This document shows, one piece after another, positions 20,142-30,035 of a stretch of 64,000 nt of DNA. The stretch is from an uncultured Marinoscillum sp. (GTDB taxonomy: Bacteria; Bacteroidota; Bacteroidia; Cytophagales; MED-G16). Each line of letters starts with the position of its first letter. Positions within the stretch are counted from its first letter, which is position 1. The position numbers were made by a program, and so were the translations under genes. The notes beneath the pieces were generated by a model. The model worked only from the letters and a program-made list of their open reading frames with translations. It was not told the origin of the DNA and ran no database searches. The DNA is taken from NCBI GenBank assembly GCA_902628365.1, contig CACOMW010000002.1, positions 5,298-69,297 of the forward strand, in the 5' to 3' direction.

Positions 20142-20873
20142 TCTTTGTCTAATTATTTCATATAATATGATAGAAGTACTATTTGACACATTTAATGAAT
20201 CTATTTTTCCATACATTGGAATTTTAATTTTATGATCACTTAATTCAAGTAAATTTTTAGATATTCCATTTTTTTCAGATCCAAGTATTATTGCTAAAGG
20301 GCAATTATAATCTAAATCATAAACTAATTCCTCACCTTTTTCTGTACAGGATATAATTTTTAATCCACTTTTTTTTAATGTTTTACATATGTAACTAAGA
20401 CTTTCAACTTTACAAACTGGCACATAATTTAAAGCACCAGCAGACGTCTTAATAGCATCAGAAGTAATAAGAGCTGAACCTTTTTTTGGTATGACTATAG
20501 CATCTACTTTCACGGCTTCTGCAACTCTTGAAATGGACCCAAGATTTCTCGTATCGGTAATTTTATCTAAAATAATGATAATTGGGTCCTTACCTTTTTC
20601 ATAACATCTTAATACAATTTCGTCAATAGGTTGATATGATATTGGGCTGATATAGCAAATTATACCTTGATGATTTTTTCTTGTTATTCTATTTAATTTT
20701 TCTTTTGGAACTATTGATATATTTAATTTAAATTTTTTTCCTAAAGTTTTGATTTCTTCAATAATATCTTTGTTGGTATTTTTTTGAATAAAAATTCTTT
20801 CAATGTTTTTATTTGATTTAATTGCCTCTAAAACTGGTCTTGTTCCAAATATTATATCTTTATTTCTCATCAT
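20133..20873 (-). CDS. rlmB: 23S rRNA 2'-O-ribose methyltransferase, SpoU/TrmH family (RlmB-like)
   Basis: N-terminal IFGTRPVLEAI substrate-binding domain and a SpoU core (LDKITDTRNLGSISR, LGSEKNGIS, SLNVSNSTSIILYE). Confidence 0.8.
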   Translation of the reverse strand: MMRNKDIIFGTRPVLEAIKSNKNIERIFIQKNTNKDIIEEIKTLGKKFKLNISIVPKEKLNRITRKNHQGIICYISPISYQPIDEIVLRCYEKGKDPIIIILDKITDTRNLGSISRVAEAVKVDAIVIPKKGSALITSDAIKTSAGALNYVPVCKVESLSYICKTLKKSGLKIISCTEKGEELVYDLDYNCPLAIILGSEKNGISKNLLELSDHKIKIPMYGKIDSLNVSNSTSIILYEIIRQRLF

Positions 20874-20936
20874 TATACAAAATATTATTTGCTTAAATTT
20901 ATATCATCAAATAATATACTTATTAATTTTACAAAA

Positions 20937-21710
20937 ATGTCAATATTTACTACTGAAATAACTTCTGAAAAAATAACTTCTGATAATCCAATTCATCAAA
21001 GATTATTTAGAGCATATGTTGAATCGGTTCCTTTTATTAGGGGAGATGTTTTAGAATTAGGTTGTGGTGAAGGTAGGGGTATTGATTTAATTAATCAAAA
21101 AGCTAAAACATTCACTGCTGTTGACAAAATTGATTCAGTTATTACCAAGCTTAAAGCAAAATATCCCATGAATAAATATATTAAATCATCATTTCCTCCT
21201 CTAAGTATTTTTGATGATAATTCATTTGATACAATAATTTCATTTCAAGTTATAGAACATATAAAAAATGATAAGCTTTTTGTAAAGGAAATATATAGAC
21301 TTTTAAAAAAAGGCGGTAATGCTTTAATTACGACTCCAAATATTTTGATGACGTTAACTAGAAATCCCTGGCATATTCGTGAGTATACATCTAAATCATT
21401 GGAATCTATTATATCCGATTCATTTAGTGATTTTAAGATTAAAGGTATTGCCGGTAATGAAAAAGTGAAAACATATTATAATGCAAATAAAAACTCGGTA
21501 CAAAAATTTAAAAATGTAGATATATTTAATTTAGAAAAAAATCTTCCTTCTTTTCTTTACAAAATACCTTATGAAATTTTAAATAGAATAAATAGAAATA
21601 AATTAGAAAATAAGAATGATAGCTTAGTTTCTTCAATTTCTGAAAAAGATTATTATTTAAATAAAGATCAAAAAGATAATTTAGATTTATTTTGTATTCT
21701 TAAAAAGTAA
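20937..21710 (+). CDS. Class I SAM-dependent methyltransferase
   Basis: SAM motif I VLELGCGEGRG and motif II-like FDTIISFQVIEH. The ORF opens at TTG 20889, but ATG 20937 (MSIFTTE) is the more likely start. Confidence 0.75.
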   Translation: MSIFTTEITSEKITSDNPIHQRLFRAYVESVPFIRGDVLELGCGEGRGIDLINQKAKTFTAVDKIDSVITKLKAKYPMNKYIKSSFPPLSIFDDNSFDTIISFQVIEHIKNDKLFVKEIYRLLKKGGNALITTPNILMTLTRNPWHIREYTSKSLESIISDSFSDFKIKGIAGNEKVKTYYNANKNSVQKFKNVDIFNLEKNLPSFLYKIPYEILNRINRNKLENKNDSLVSSISEKDYYLNKDQKDNLDLFCILKK

Positions 21711-22174
21711 TGAAATATATATTATATATATTAATTTTTACAATCTCACTGTCAAGTTGTATTTCTTCAAAGAAACTTGCAAATAATACTTCAGTTCATA
21801 CAGTAATAAACAAAGCTAGGACATATATTGGCACACCATACAAATGGGGAGGCACTTCTTCAAAAGGTATGGATTGTTCAGGTTTACTTGTAAGGTCTTT
21901 TCAATCTATAGATTTAAATATACCTAGAACCACATCTGAACAGGTTTTTTTAGGTAAGAAAGTAAAGTTAAAAAAATCAAAAAAAGGTGATTTAGTTTTT
22001 TTTGCATTTGGAAAGAAAAAAAAGAAAGTAACTCATGTTGGATTAATTTCAGACGTTAAATCAAGTGATAAAATTGATTTTATTCATGCTTCCTCTAGCA
22101 AGGGTGTAATTGAAACAAAATTGAATAGAGAATATTATCTGAAAAGAATAAGAGTTATTAGAAGAATTTTGTGA
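21710..22174 (+). CDS. NlpC/P60 (C40) family peptidoglycan endopeptidase lipoprotein
   Basis: Lipobox LSSC, catalytic Cys motif GTPYKWGGTSSKGMDCSGL, and downstream His in THVGLI. 1-nt TAATG overlap with the upstream gene. Confidence 0.85.
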   Translation: MKYILYILIFTISLSSCISSKKLANNTSVHTVINKARTYIGTPYKWGGTSSKGMDCSGLLVRSFQSIDLNIPRTTSEQVFLGKKVKLKKSKKGDLVFFAFGKKKKKVTHVGLISDVKSSDKIDFIHASSSKGVIETKLNREYYLKRIRVIRRIL

Positions 22175-22241
22175 TCATATTAAAATTTTTTTTATAAAAA
22201 ATTATTTAATATTACTATCCCATTAAATAAATAACTCAATT

Positions 22242-24791
22242 ATGAAAAAATTATTACTAATATTCTCTTTTTTATCAACATTTTTTTTGACTGCTCAGGA
22301 TAAGGAAAAAGATAAAGAAAAACCTAAGAAAAATAAAACTATAAGTGAACTAACAAAAACATCTAAAAAAATTGAAGGTTTATTTATTATCTATCAAGAT
22401 ACTGTTTCAGGTGAATTAAAAATGGAGATTGGAAATGATCAATTAAATCAAGATTATATTTATTTTTCTCAAGTTGCAGATGGAGTTACTGAGGCTGGGA
22501 GTTTTAGAGGTGCTTATGGATCTTCTGTAATTTTTCATATAAAGAAATATTTTAATAAGATTGAAATAATTGCGCCGAATACAAATTTTTATTTTGATCC
22601 AAGCAATCCTCTATCTAGATCACAGGAAGCTAATATGAGTCACGCTGTTATTTCTAGTAATAAAATATTATCTGAAGATAAAAAAAGAGGATCTTATCTT
22701 ATAAATGTAAATAGTCTATTTCTTTCAGAAACTTTGACTAGGGTAAAGCCACCTAAAAGACCTGGGGCATCCCCTAATAGGTTTAGTCTGGGGTCTTTTG
22801 ATAAAGCAAAATCAAAAATTTTAGAAATAAACAATTATCCCAAAAATACAAACTTGAAAACCGAGTACGTTTTTAAAAACCCTAATGTTTTAAATGGTGG
22901 GTCTGAAGCTGTAACAGACGGCAGGTATGTTTCAATTCAACTATTCCATTCATTGATGAGTATGCCAGATAAAGGTTATGAACCTCGATATGATGATCCA
23001 AGAGTTGGATATTTTTTGAACTATGTCAATGATATGACAGAAACTGGAACAACAAATTATAGAGATATGATTAACAGATGGAGACTTGAAAAGAAGAATC
23101 CAGATCAAGAAATATCTGAGCCAGTAAAACCTATAGTCTGGTGGATAGAAAACTCAACTCCTATGGAATGGAGAGAAACAATTCGAGAAGGTGTTTTAGA
23201 GTGGAATAAATCTTTTGAAAAAGCAGGTTTTAAAAATGCTTTAGTTGTAAAAGTTCAACCTGATGATGCAGAATGGGATGCTGGAGATGTAAGATATAAT
23301 GTGTTAAGGTGGACATCTTCACCTAGACCTCCCTTTGGTGGATATGGACCAAGTATGACTAATCCAAGAACTGGTGAAATAATTGGAGCTGATATTATGC
23401 TTGAATTTGTTCATTTTACCAATAGGGTATTTTATGATAAATTAGTTGGAGATGCATCATCTAATATGAGTCTTGAAGATGAAGAAGATTATTCTGATTT
23501 TGGTAATAACAAAAATAAGTTTTATTGTTCGATGGGTCATCTTATGCATGAAAATCAGTTATTTGGGAAAACCTTATTAGAGCTTGATGATGCTTCAGAA
23601 TATGATCTAGATAGAATAGAAAAAGAAGGGATGAAATCTTTGATAATGCACGAAGTTGGACATACACTTGGTCTCAATCATAATATGAAAGCTAGTCAAT
23701 TATTTTCTCCATCAGAGCTTTATGATGCAGATTTTATTGAAGGAAAAGCGCTTACAGGATCTGTAATGGATTATGCAGGTATCAATTTATCTCCAGATAG
23801 ATCATCTCAAGGACAATTTTATGATATGTCTGTTGGTCCTTATGATGATTGGGCCATTCAGTTTGGTTATACTCCATTTAAAAATGTTGCTGAAATGGAC
23901 GCGTTACTTTCTAGATCTACTGATCCAGAATTAATATTTGGTAATGATGCTGATGATATGAGATCTCCTGGTAAAGCTATTGACCCAAGAGTTATGACAG
24001 GGGATTTATCAAATGATCAAATTCGTTATTCTATTGATAGATTTAAACTTGTAAATAGTATGATGGGAAAAATCATTTCAAAATTTAGTATCGATGGAAA
24101 TACATATGAGGATCTAAGAAGAGCTTATTACACATTAAACTCTCAAGCAGCCAGAGCAGGAGATGTGATTTCAAGATTTATTGGAGGTGTGTATGTTGAT
24201 AGATCTACTATTGGTCAAGAAGGTGGTAGAAGACCATATTCTCCTGTAAACCTTAGGGATCAAAAGAGAGCTTTTAATGCTCTAAAAACTTATGTATTTT
24301 CAGCAGATGCCTTTAGTGCACCTAATGAATTATACAATCTTCTTGCAAAGCAAAGGAGAGGGTTTGATTTTTTCTCAGGACCAGAAGATCCAAAAATTCA
24401 TGATCAAGTCCTAAGCTATCAAACCAGAGTACTTGCCCATATTTTACATCCAAATACCTTACAAAGAATTATTGACTCTGAACTTTATGGAAATAGATAT
24501 AATCTTTCTCTTTTTATGACGGATTTAAACGATGCAATGTTTAAAGATGATTTAACATCTGACATTAATACATTCAGGCAAAATCTTCAAGCTGTTTATG
24601 TCACAAGACTGATAAGCATGATCAATGGTAAATCATCTGGAAGGTATAAGATACCAGCAAAATCTATGGCGATTTATAATTTAAAACAAATAGCTAAATG
24701 GCTAAAAAAACCTACAGGAAACACTTCCTCTATCGCTCATAGAACTCACATAAAGATTCTAATAGATAAAGCTTTAAAAGATTATAATTAA
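22242..24791 (+). CDS. Secreted zinc-dependent met-zincin metalloprotease (DUF5117/DUF4953-type)
   Basis: Signal peptide. Extended zincin motif HEVGHTLGLNHN (HExxHxxGxxH). Conserved PIVWWIENSTP...AGFKNA region shared with the neighbouring paralogue. Confidence 0.8.
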   Translation: MKKLLLIFSFLSTFFLTAQDKEKDKEKPKKNKTISELTKTSKKIEGLFIIYQDTVSGELKMEIGNDQLNQDYIYFSQVADGVTEAGSFRGAYGSSVIFHIKKYFNKIEIIAPNTNFYFDPSNPLSRSQEANMSHAVISSNKILSEDKKRGSYLINVNSLFLSETLTRVKPPKRPGASPNRFSLGSFDKAKSKILEINNYPKNTNLKTEYVFKNPNVLNGGSEAVTDGRYVSIQLFHSLMSMPDKGYEPRYDDPRVGYFLNYVNDMTETGTTNYRDMINRWRLEKKNPDQEISEPVKPIVWWIENSTPMEWRETIREGVLEWNKSFEKAGFKNALVVKVQPDDAEWDAGDVRYNVLRWTSSPRPPFGGYGPSMTNPRTGEIIGADIMLEFVHFTNRVFYDKLVGDASSNMSLEDEEDYSDFGNNKNKFYCSMGHLMHENQLFGKTLLELDDASEYDLDRIEKEGMKSLIMHEVGHTLGLNHNMKASQLFSPSELYDADFIEGKALTGSVMDYAGINLSPDRSSQGQFYDMSVGPYDDWAIQFGYTPFKNVAEMDALLSRSTDPELIFGNDADDMRSPGKAIDPRVMTGDLSNDQIRYSIDRFKLVNSMMGKIISKFSIDGNTYEDLRRAYYTLNSQAARAGDVISRFIGGVYVDRSTIGQEGGRRPYSPVNLRDQKRAFNALKTYVFSADAFSAPNELYNLLAKQRRGFDFFSGPEDPKIHDQVLSYQTRVLAHILHPNTLQRIIDSELYGNRYNLSLFMTDLNDAMFKDDLTSDINTFRQNLQAVYVTRLISMINGKSSGRYKIPAKSMAIYNLKQIAKWLKKPTGNTSSIAHRTHIKILIDKALKDYN

Positions 24792-24793
24792 TA

Positions 24794-27226
24794 TTAATCT
24801 GATAGCATATTCTCTGTAGATTGAGAAATCAATAGATTCAAATAATTTAAATGATCTTTTGTATTAACGTCTTTTGATTGTTTTGCAATAGTTTTAATTT
24901 TTTTTTGTAAGAAGATTAATTCTGATAGAATTCTAGGCCTAATATCAGATTCATCAAATTTAATATTTGCCCCATTCCTTTTTGAATAAGTCGATTGAGT
25001 TTTTGATTCTTTCAAAGTATTTATTAAAAGATTGATATAGCCTTTTTGTAAATTCCTTTCATATAAACTTATCATAGAATTTGAATTTAAATTTTTCCAT
25101 ATAGATTTATTTAAATCCTTAATCATTTCATTAATTGTATATGCAGAAGTCTTATTCTTTTCTTCATTTTCGATCATTCTAGCTAATCTAGAATAATCGA
25201 ATAATCTATTTAAAGCATACATTTGTACTTGTCTAATTCTTTCAACAGACCCTATGTTTTCAATTTTTTCAAGAACTTCATAATTTACCATCCAATCTAA
25301 AGAATTAAAAACATAGGAATTTAAAAAACTTATTGCTCTTTTTTGTTGTTCTTTATTTACATGGACATAAACTGGTCCATCTTGATCATAACTTTTAATG
25401 TCTTCAAGTATTCCTCCTACATTTGTTGTTACATGACCAATATATCTTCTAAACTGGGAAACTACATTTAAATAAAGTTCTTTAAGATCATCATAATCTT
25501 TCCCTTCTTCGTAAGACCATTTAATTATATTAGGAACAATTCTCTTTAAATTCTCTAAACCATAATAACTAGCTTTCATATTATCATCACCAATTGATTC
25601 AGTCTGAGATCGTGGATCTATTCCATTATAATATCCAAACCAATATTCATAATCACCGGCATGAGATTTAATCCATTCATTAAGTATTTTTTGTTCAGAC
25701 TTAGTGGTTTCATCATGAAAATATGAATACCCCCATTTAACAGACCATTTATCATATGTACCTACCATAGGATAAAAATTAGAAACATTATCTTCAGGTT
25801 GAGCAACATAATTGAATCTAGCATAATCCATAATTGAGGGAGCTACGCCGTGGTTAGAAGTAAATGTTTTTGATCGTAAACTATCTACTGGGTAAGCATA
25901 ACTAGAACCCATATTATGAGGAAGACCAATTGTATGACCAACTTCATGAGCAGATACAAATCTAATAAGCTGACCCATCACTTCATCATCAAACTTAACA
26001 CTTCTTGAGGATTCATTTACCGCTGCAGTTTGTACTAGATACCAATTTCTTAAAAGATTCATTACATTATGATACCAACCTATATCGCTTTCCAATATTT
26101 CTCCAGTTCTAGGGTCGGCTGTGTGTGGTCCATATGCGTTTTGTATGTCAGAAGCAAAATATCTAATTACAGAATACCTTGCATCTTCCGGACTCCAATC
26201 CGGATCCTCTTCTTTTGATGGAGGGTATTTACAAAATATTGCATTTTTAAAACCGGCCTGCTCAAAAGCAACTTGCCAATCATCTACACCTTGTTTGAGA
26301 TACTTTCTCCACTTCTCTGGAGTTGCGGGGTCAATGTAATATACTATTGGTTTAATAGGCTCAACAAGCTCACCTCTATTGTAAGCTTCAATATCTTTTG
26401 GTACTAATTTCCATCTTTTTATATAAGTAGTTGTTTTTGCTTTTTGTTCATCCAATCCATAATCTGTCTGAGTTTGAGAAAAATACCCAACCCTTCTGTC
26501 TCTTAGTCTGGGTTTCATTTTATCTTCAGGAAGTAAAAGCATGGAATTATTTATTTCTAAACTAACTGTTTGTGAATTACTCAAAGATGGGGGAGAACCT
26601 GATTTATAAGTTAGAACATTTCTTGCCTCAATATTTATGGGATAACTCTTAATTGATTCTATAAAGGATCTTTTTTTATCTAGCGATGTAATTTTTAATT
26701 GTTTTCTTCTTCTTTCTGGAAATCCAATTGCTTTTATATCTTCGGTAAAAAAAGAACTTACATCAATAATAACAGAACTATCTTTTTCATTATATGTTTC
26801 TATATCAAAAGAATATAATATTGGTTCAAAATTTGAATTTTTTACAGATATAGAAATAGGCAATGTATCATTTGCTATATTTTCATAACTAACTATTCTT
26901 AATAGAATTTTATCATATTTCTTTTCCCATCTTAACACCTGAGAATTTATTTTTTGACCACCATAACCAATCCCATTTGCTGTTTTAGAAATTCTTGTAA
27001 CCATCAACATCTCCTTGTTTAATAAATTAGGTGGTATTTCATATAAATATTTGTCCATTTTGGAGTGGACTTTAAATAACCCCTCATCTGTTTTATATGT
27101 TGAGTCTACTACCTCGTTATAACTTTTAATTTTTGATTTTTCTTCAGAGTCTTTTTTATTTTTTTGAGAATAGGAGCTATTAAAAGATATAAATAATAAA
27201 ATATTTATTGATAGAAATATTTTCAT
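24794..27226 (-). CDS. Secreted zinc-dependent met-zincin metalloprotease (paralogue of 22242..24791)
   Basis: Signal peptide. HEVGHTIGLPHN. The blocks PIVYYIDPATP...AGFKNA and DPRTGEIL align by eye with the convergent neighbour. Confidence 0.8.
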   Translation of the reverse strand: MKIFLSINILLFISFNSSYSQKNKKDSEEKSKIKSYNEVVDSTYKTDEGLFKVHSKMDKYLYEIPPNLLNKEMLMVTRISKTANGIGYGGQKINSQVLRWEKKYDKILLRIVSYENIANDTLPISISVKNSNFEPILYSFDIETYNEKDSSVIIDVSSFFTEDIKAIGFPERRRKQLKITSLDKKRSFIESIKSYPINIEARNVLTYKSGSPPSLSNSQTVSLEINNSMLLLPEDKMKPRLRDRRVGYFSQTQTDYGLDEQKAKTTTYIKRWKLVPKDIEAYNRGELVEPIKPIVYYIDPATPEKWRKYLKQGVDDWQVAFEQAGFKNAIFCKYPPSKEEDPDWSPEDARYSVIRYFASDIQNAYGPHTADPRTGEILESDIGWYHNVMNLLRNWYLVQTAAVNESSRSVKFDDEVMGQLIRFVSAHEVGHTIGLPHNMGSSYAYPVDSLRSKTFTSNHGVAPSIMDYARFNYVAQPEDNVSNFYPMVGTYDKWSVKWGYSYFHDETTKSEQKILNEWIKSHAGDYEYWFGYYNGIDPRSQTESIGDDNMKASYYGLENLKRIVPNIIKWSYEEGKDYDDLKELYLNVVSQFRRYIGHVTTNVGGILEDIKSYDQDGPVYVHVNKEQQKRAISFLNSYVFNSLDWMVNYEVLEKIENIGSVERIRQVQMYALNRLFDYSRLARMIENEEKNKTSAYTINEMIKDLNKSIWKNLNSNSMISLYERNLQKGYINLLINTLKESKTQSTYSKRNGANIKFDESDIRPRILSELIFLQKKIKTIAKQSKDVNTKDHLNYLNLLISQSTENMLSD

Positions 27227-27345
27227 GATTTTTAGAGTTTTTGTTGTTTTAAGTAAATCTAAGAAAAAATTTTAACTTAAATAAAGCTAGATTTAAAATC
27301 ACTTTTTTTATAATTGATAAATTTTTAATTAAAAAAACACAACTT

Positions 27346-27858
27346 ATGAAAAAGTATATATTAATTTTTATAACATATTTAATTTTTTCTTGTTCAAATG
27401 AAAATCAAATTTCTAAAATACCGTCTAACGGTTTTATTAATGGAGTTGATGCAAAGGTTATGATGGGGAGTGAATCTGCTGTTGATACTTTTAATAAAAT
27501 TGATAAAGCATGGGCTGATTTAGATTATGATGTTCTTAGAACCTTTATTGCAGAAGATGCAGAAATGAAATTTGCAGATGGAAATTTTGCTAAAGGACCT
27601 GACCAGTTTATTGAAAGAATAAAAGAGTGGGTAAAAGAAGTTGAAGAAGACGATGGAAATGAGTATACCTGGACAACTGATTATGCATTTGCTTTAGCTT
27701 TAACTGAAGGAGAAGGCGATTGGGTAAATGCTCAGTTTACTTCTACTCATACCAATCCTGAATCTGAATTGTCTGCTGAAGTATTTTATGAATTTTATCA
27801 TATTGTAGATGGAAAAGTTCAAGAATGGAATCAGTTTAAAAGAGATGTGCCTAGATAA
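27346..27858 (+). CDS. Lipoprotein, NTF2/SnoaL-like fold (putative)
   Basis: Lipobox IFSC. The pattern AWADLDYDVLRTFIAEDAEMKFADG resembles the SnoaL-like / nuclear transport factor 2 N-terminal helix-strand signature. Confidence 0.45.
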   Translation: MKKYILIFITYLIFSCSNENQISKIPSNGFINGVDAKVMMGSESAVDTFNKIDKAWADLDYDVLRTFIAEDAEMKFADGNFAKGPDQFIERIKEWVKEVEEDDGNEYTWTTDYAFALALTEGEGDWVNAQFTSTHTNPESELSAEVFYEFYHIVDGKVQEWNQFKRDVPR

Positions 27859-27864
27859 AAAATG

Positions 27865-27938
27865 GGGGCCATAGCTCAGCTGGCTAGAGTGCTTGACTGG
27901 CAGTCAAGAGGTCGAGGGTTCGACTCCCTCTGGCTCCA
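27865..27938 (+). tRNA. tRNA-Ala (anticodon GGC)
   Basis: Folded by hand. Acceptor stem GGGGCCA/TGGCTCC with the G3:U70 alanine identity pair. D arm GCTC..GAGT. Anticodon stem CTTGA/TCAAG with loop CT-GGC-AG. T arm GAGGG-TTCGACT-CCCTC. Discriminator A, 74 nt, CCA not encoded. Confidence 0.92.
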
Positions 27939-28019
27939 CATTTTTAATAATACTTATAAACTAACTTTTTATAATTTTCTACGTAATGTAAGGTACTTTT
28001 ATAACCTTAAAATAAAAAT

Positions 28020-29375
28020 ATGAATAAATTTTTTATAATTATTGCAGCTTTATTTATTGGGTTTAGTTCATATAGTCAAAGAAAATATATGAAGCCAAAA
28101 TTTGCTGAAAATTGGAGTAAACCTTCAAAACATCCTGATCATATTGTATTAAATTTTTCTAATGATCCAGCTACTTCTATAAGTGTAACATGGAGAACAA
28201 GCAGTGAGGTAACTCAAGCTTATGGAGAAATTGCAGTTTCTCATGAAAATCCAAAATTTACTAATCAGGCAATTACTAAAAAAGCTATAACAAATACATT
28301 AAGATCTTCGAACGTTGTTAGTTATTGGAATTACAGAAATCCTGATCAATCTCTTTATTCTAATATTAATCAAAATTATCATTCAGTAACATTTGATGAT
28401 CTTAATCCAAATACAGTTTATGCATACAGAGTTGGGAATGGAAGTATATGGAGTGAGTGGATACAGTTTAAGACTGCAAGTAAATCTAATGATCCATTTT
28501 CATTTTTATATGTAGGTGATGCACAAAACTATATTTTAGAATTATGGTCTCGGTTAATTAGAGAAGGTTATAAAAAAGATCCTAATGCAAGTTTTATAAT
28601 TCATGCAGGTGATTTGGTAAATGATCCTCATAACGAAGATCAATGGCATGAGTGGTTTAAAGCTGGAGGATGGATTCATAGGTCCCTTCCATCATTACCT
28701 GTACCTGGAAATCATGAATATGGTCCTCTATATCAGGATGATCTGGCTGAAAAAGTGAGAAAACTATCTATTCAATGGAATGATCAGTTTACTCTACCAC
28801 AAAATGGAGTAAAAGGAATTCTTGAAACTAACTATTATGTTGATTATCAAGGTGTAAGGTTTGTTGCTCTTAATACCAATACAATGATTAAAAAACAATC
28901 TGAATGGTTAGAAGATGTTTTAAAAAATAATCCAAATAAGTGGACAATAGCTGTATTTCATCATCCGGTTTTTTCTGCTTCTAGAGGTAGGGATAATAAG
29001 ATTATTAGAGAATATTGGAAACCATTATTTGATAAATATAAAGTAGACCTTGCACTTCAAGGACACGATCACAGTTATACAAGGGGTAAAGTATCTCCCT
29101 TTGAAAAAAATACACTTTCAGGTCAAAATAAAAAAGATTTAACTGGTACCGTATATGTTGTATCTGTCAGTGGAGGTAAAATGTATCAATTAAAATCAAA
29201 TTGGGATGATTATGAAGCTAAAAGAGATAAAATTGGAAGTCAAAAGCAATTATTTCAGGTAATTTCTATAGATGGAAATAAATTATTGTATAAGTCCTAC
29301 ACAGCATTAGGAGAGTTATTTGATGAGTTTGAGTTAGTTAAAAATGAAAATGGTTCTAACTCAATTGTTCAATAA
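28020..29375 (+). CDS. Secreted metallophosphoesterase, purple-acid-phosphatase-like
   Basis: Signal peptide and an N-terminal PAP-type beta domain (ISVTWRT). Full calcineurin-like motif set: GDAQN, GDLVND, GNHE, FHHP, GHDH. Confidence 0.82.
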   Translation: MNKFFIIIAALFIGFSSYSQRKYMKPKFAENWSKPSKHPDHIVLNFSNDPATSISVTWRTSSEVTQAYGEIAVSHENPKFTNQAITKKAITNTLRSSNVVSYWNYRNPDQSLYSNINQNYHSVTFDDLNPNTVYAYRVGNGSIWSEWIQFKTASKSNDPFSFLYVGDAQNYILELWSRLIREGYKKDPNASFIIHAGDLVNDPHNEDQWHEWFKAGGWIHRSLPSLPVPGNHEYGPLYQDDLAEKVRKLSIQWNDQFTLPQNGVKGILETNYYVDYQGVRFVALNTNTMIKKQSEWLEDVLKNNPNKWTIAVFHHPVFSASRGRDNKIIREYWKPLFDKYKVDLALQGHDHSYTRGKVSPFEKNTLSGQNKKDLTGTVYVVSVSGGKMYQLKSNWDDYEAKRDKIGSQKQLFQVISIDGNKLLYKSYTALGELFDEFELVKNENGSNSIVQ

Positions 29376-29395
29376 AATTTATTTGAATATTTAAT

Positions 29396-29947
29396 TTAAT
29401 ACGAAAACTCTGCTGATTCTTGAGCTTTTACTCTTGAATACACATTGATTCTTTTAATTTTACCATCAACAAATTGAATATCATGAACATTATGTTCAAA
29501 TATTTCATTTCCATTTTCATCAGTATCAGTATAATCATTTCCTGTTGTTAACCACTGCACTACCACTCCATCTTCATTTTCCGCAGCATTAGCAATCATC
29601 CATTTAATTTCCCATTTTGGATTGGCTGTTTTAAACCAATTATCTAAAATTTCAATATGTGAGTCACTACCCTTTACAACACTACCATCGGCAGTATAAC
29701 CTTCCCAATCAACTGCATTTATTTCAGCTATTTTATCTAAATCTCTTTCATTATGAGCTTTTATATAATCAATCCAAACTTGTTCATTGTTTGTATCACC
29801 AGCAACTATTTGAATTTTTTTACCATTATCTAGTGTTCCAGATCCAATAACTGAAGGTTCATTTGAATTAGAAGTTTGATTTTGGTTTGAAGAGTTGCAT
29901 GAAACTAATGCCAAAGATAAAATTGATATATATATTAAATATTTCAT
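29396..29947 (-). CDS. Lipoprotein, NTF2/SnoaL-like fold (putative)
   Basis: Lipobox LVSC. WIDYIKAHNERDLDKIAEINAVDWEGYTADG fits the SnoaL-like pattern. Possibly a distant paralogue of 27346..27858. Confidence 0.45.
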   Translation of the reverse strand: MKYLIYISILSLALVSCNSSNQNQTSNSNEPSVIGSGTLDNGKKIQIVAGDTNNEQVWIDYIKAHNERDLDKIAEINAVDWEGYTADGSVVKGSDSHIEILDNWFKTANPKWEIKWMIANAAENEDGVVVQWLTTGNDYTDTDENGNEIFEHNVHDIQFVDGKIKRINVYSRVKAQESAEFSY

Positions 29948-30035
29948 AATTATTATTTATTTGTTAGAAAATAATTATTAAATATAATCTAATTAAATGA
30001 TAAGAAATTTATAAGCCCCCTAAATTTTTGATTAT

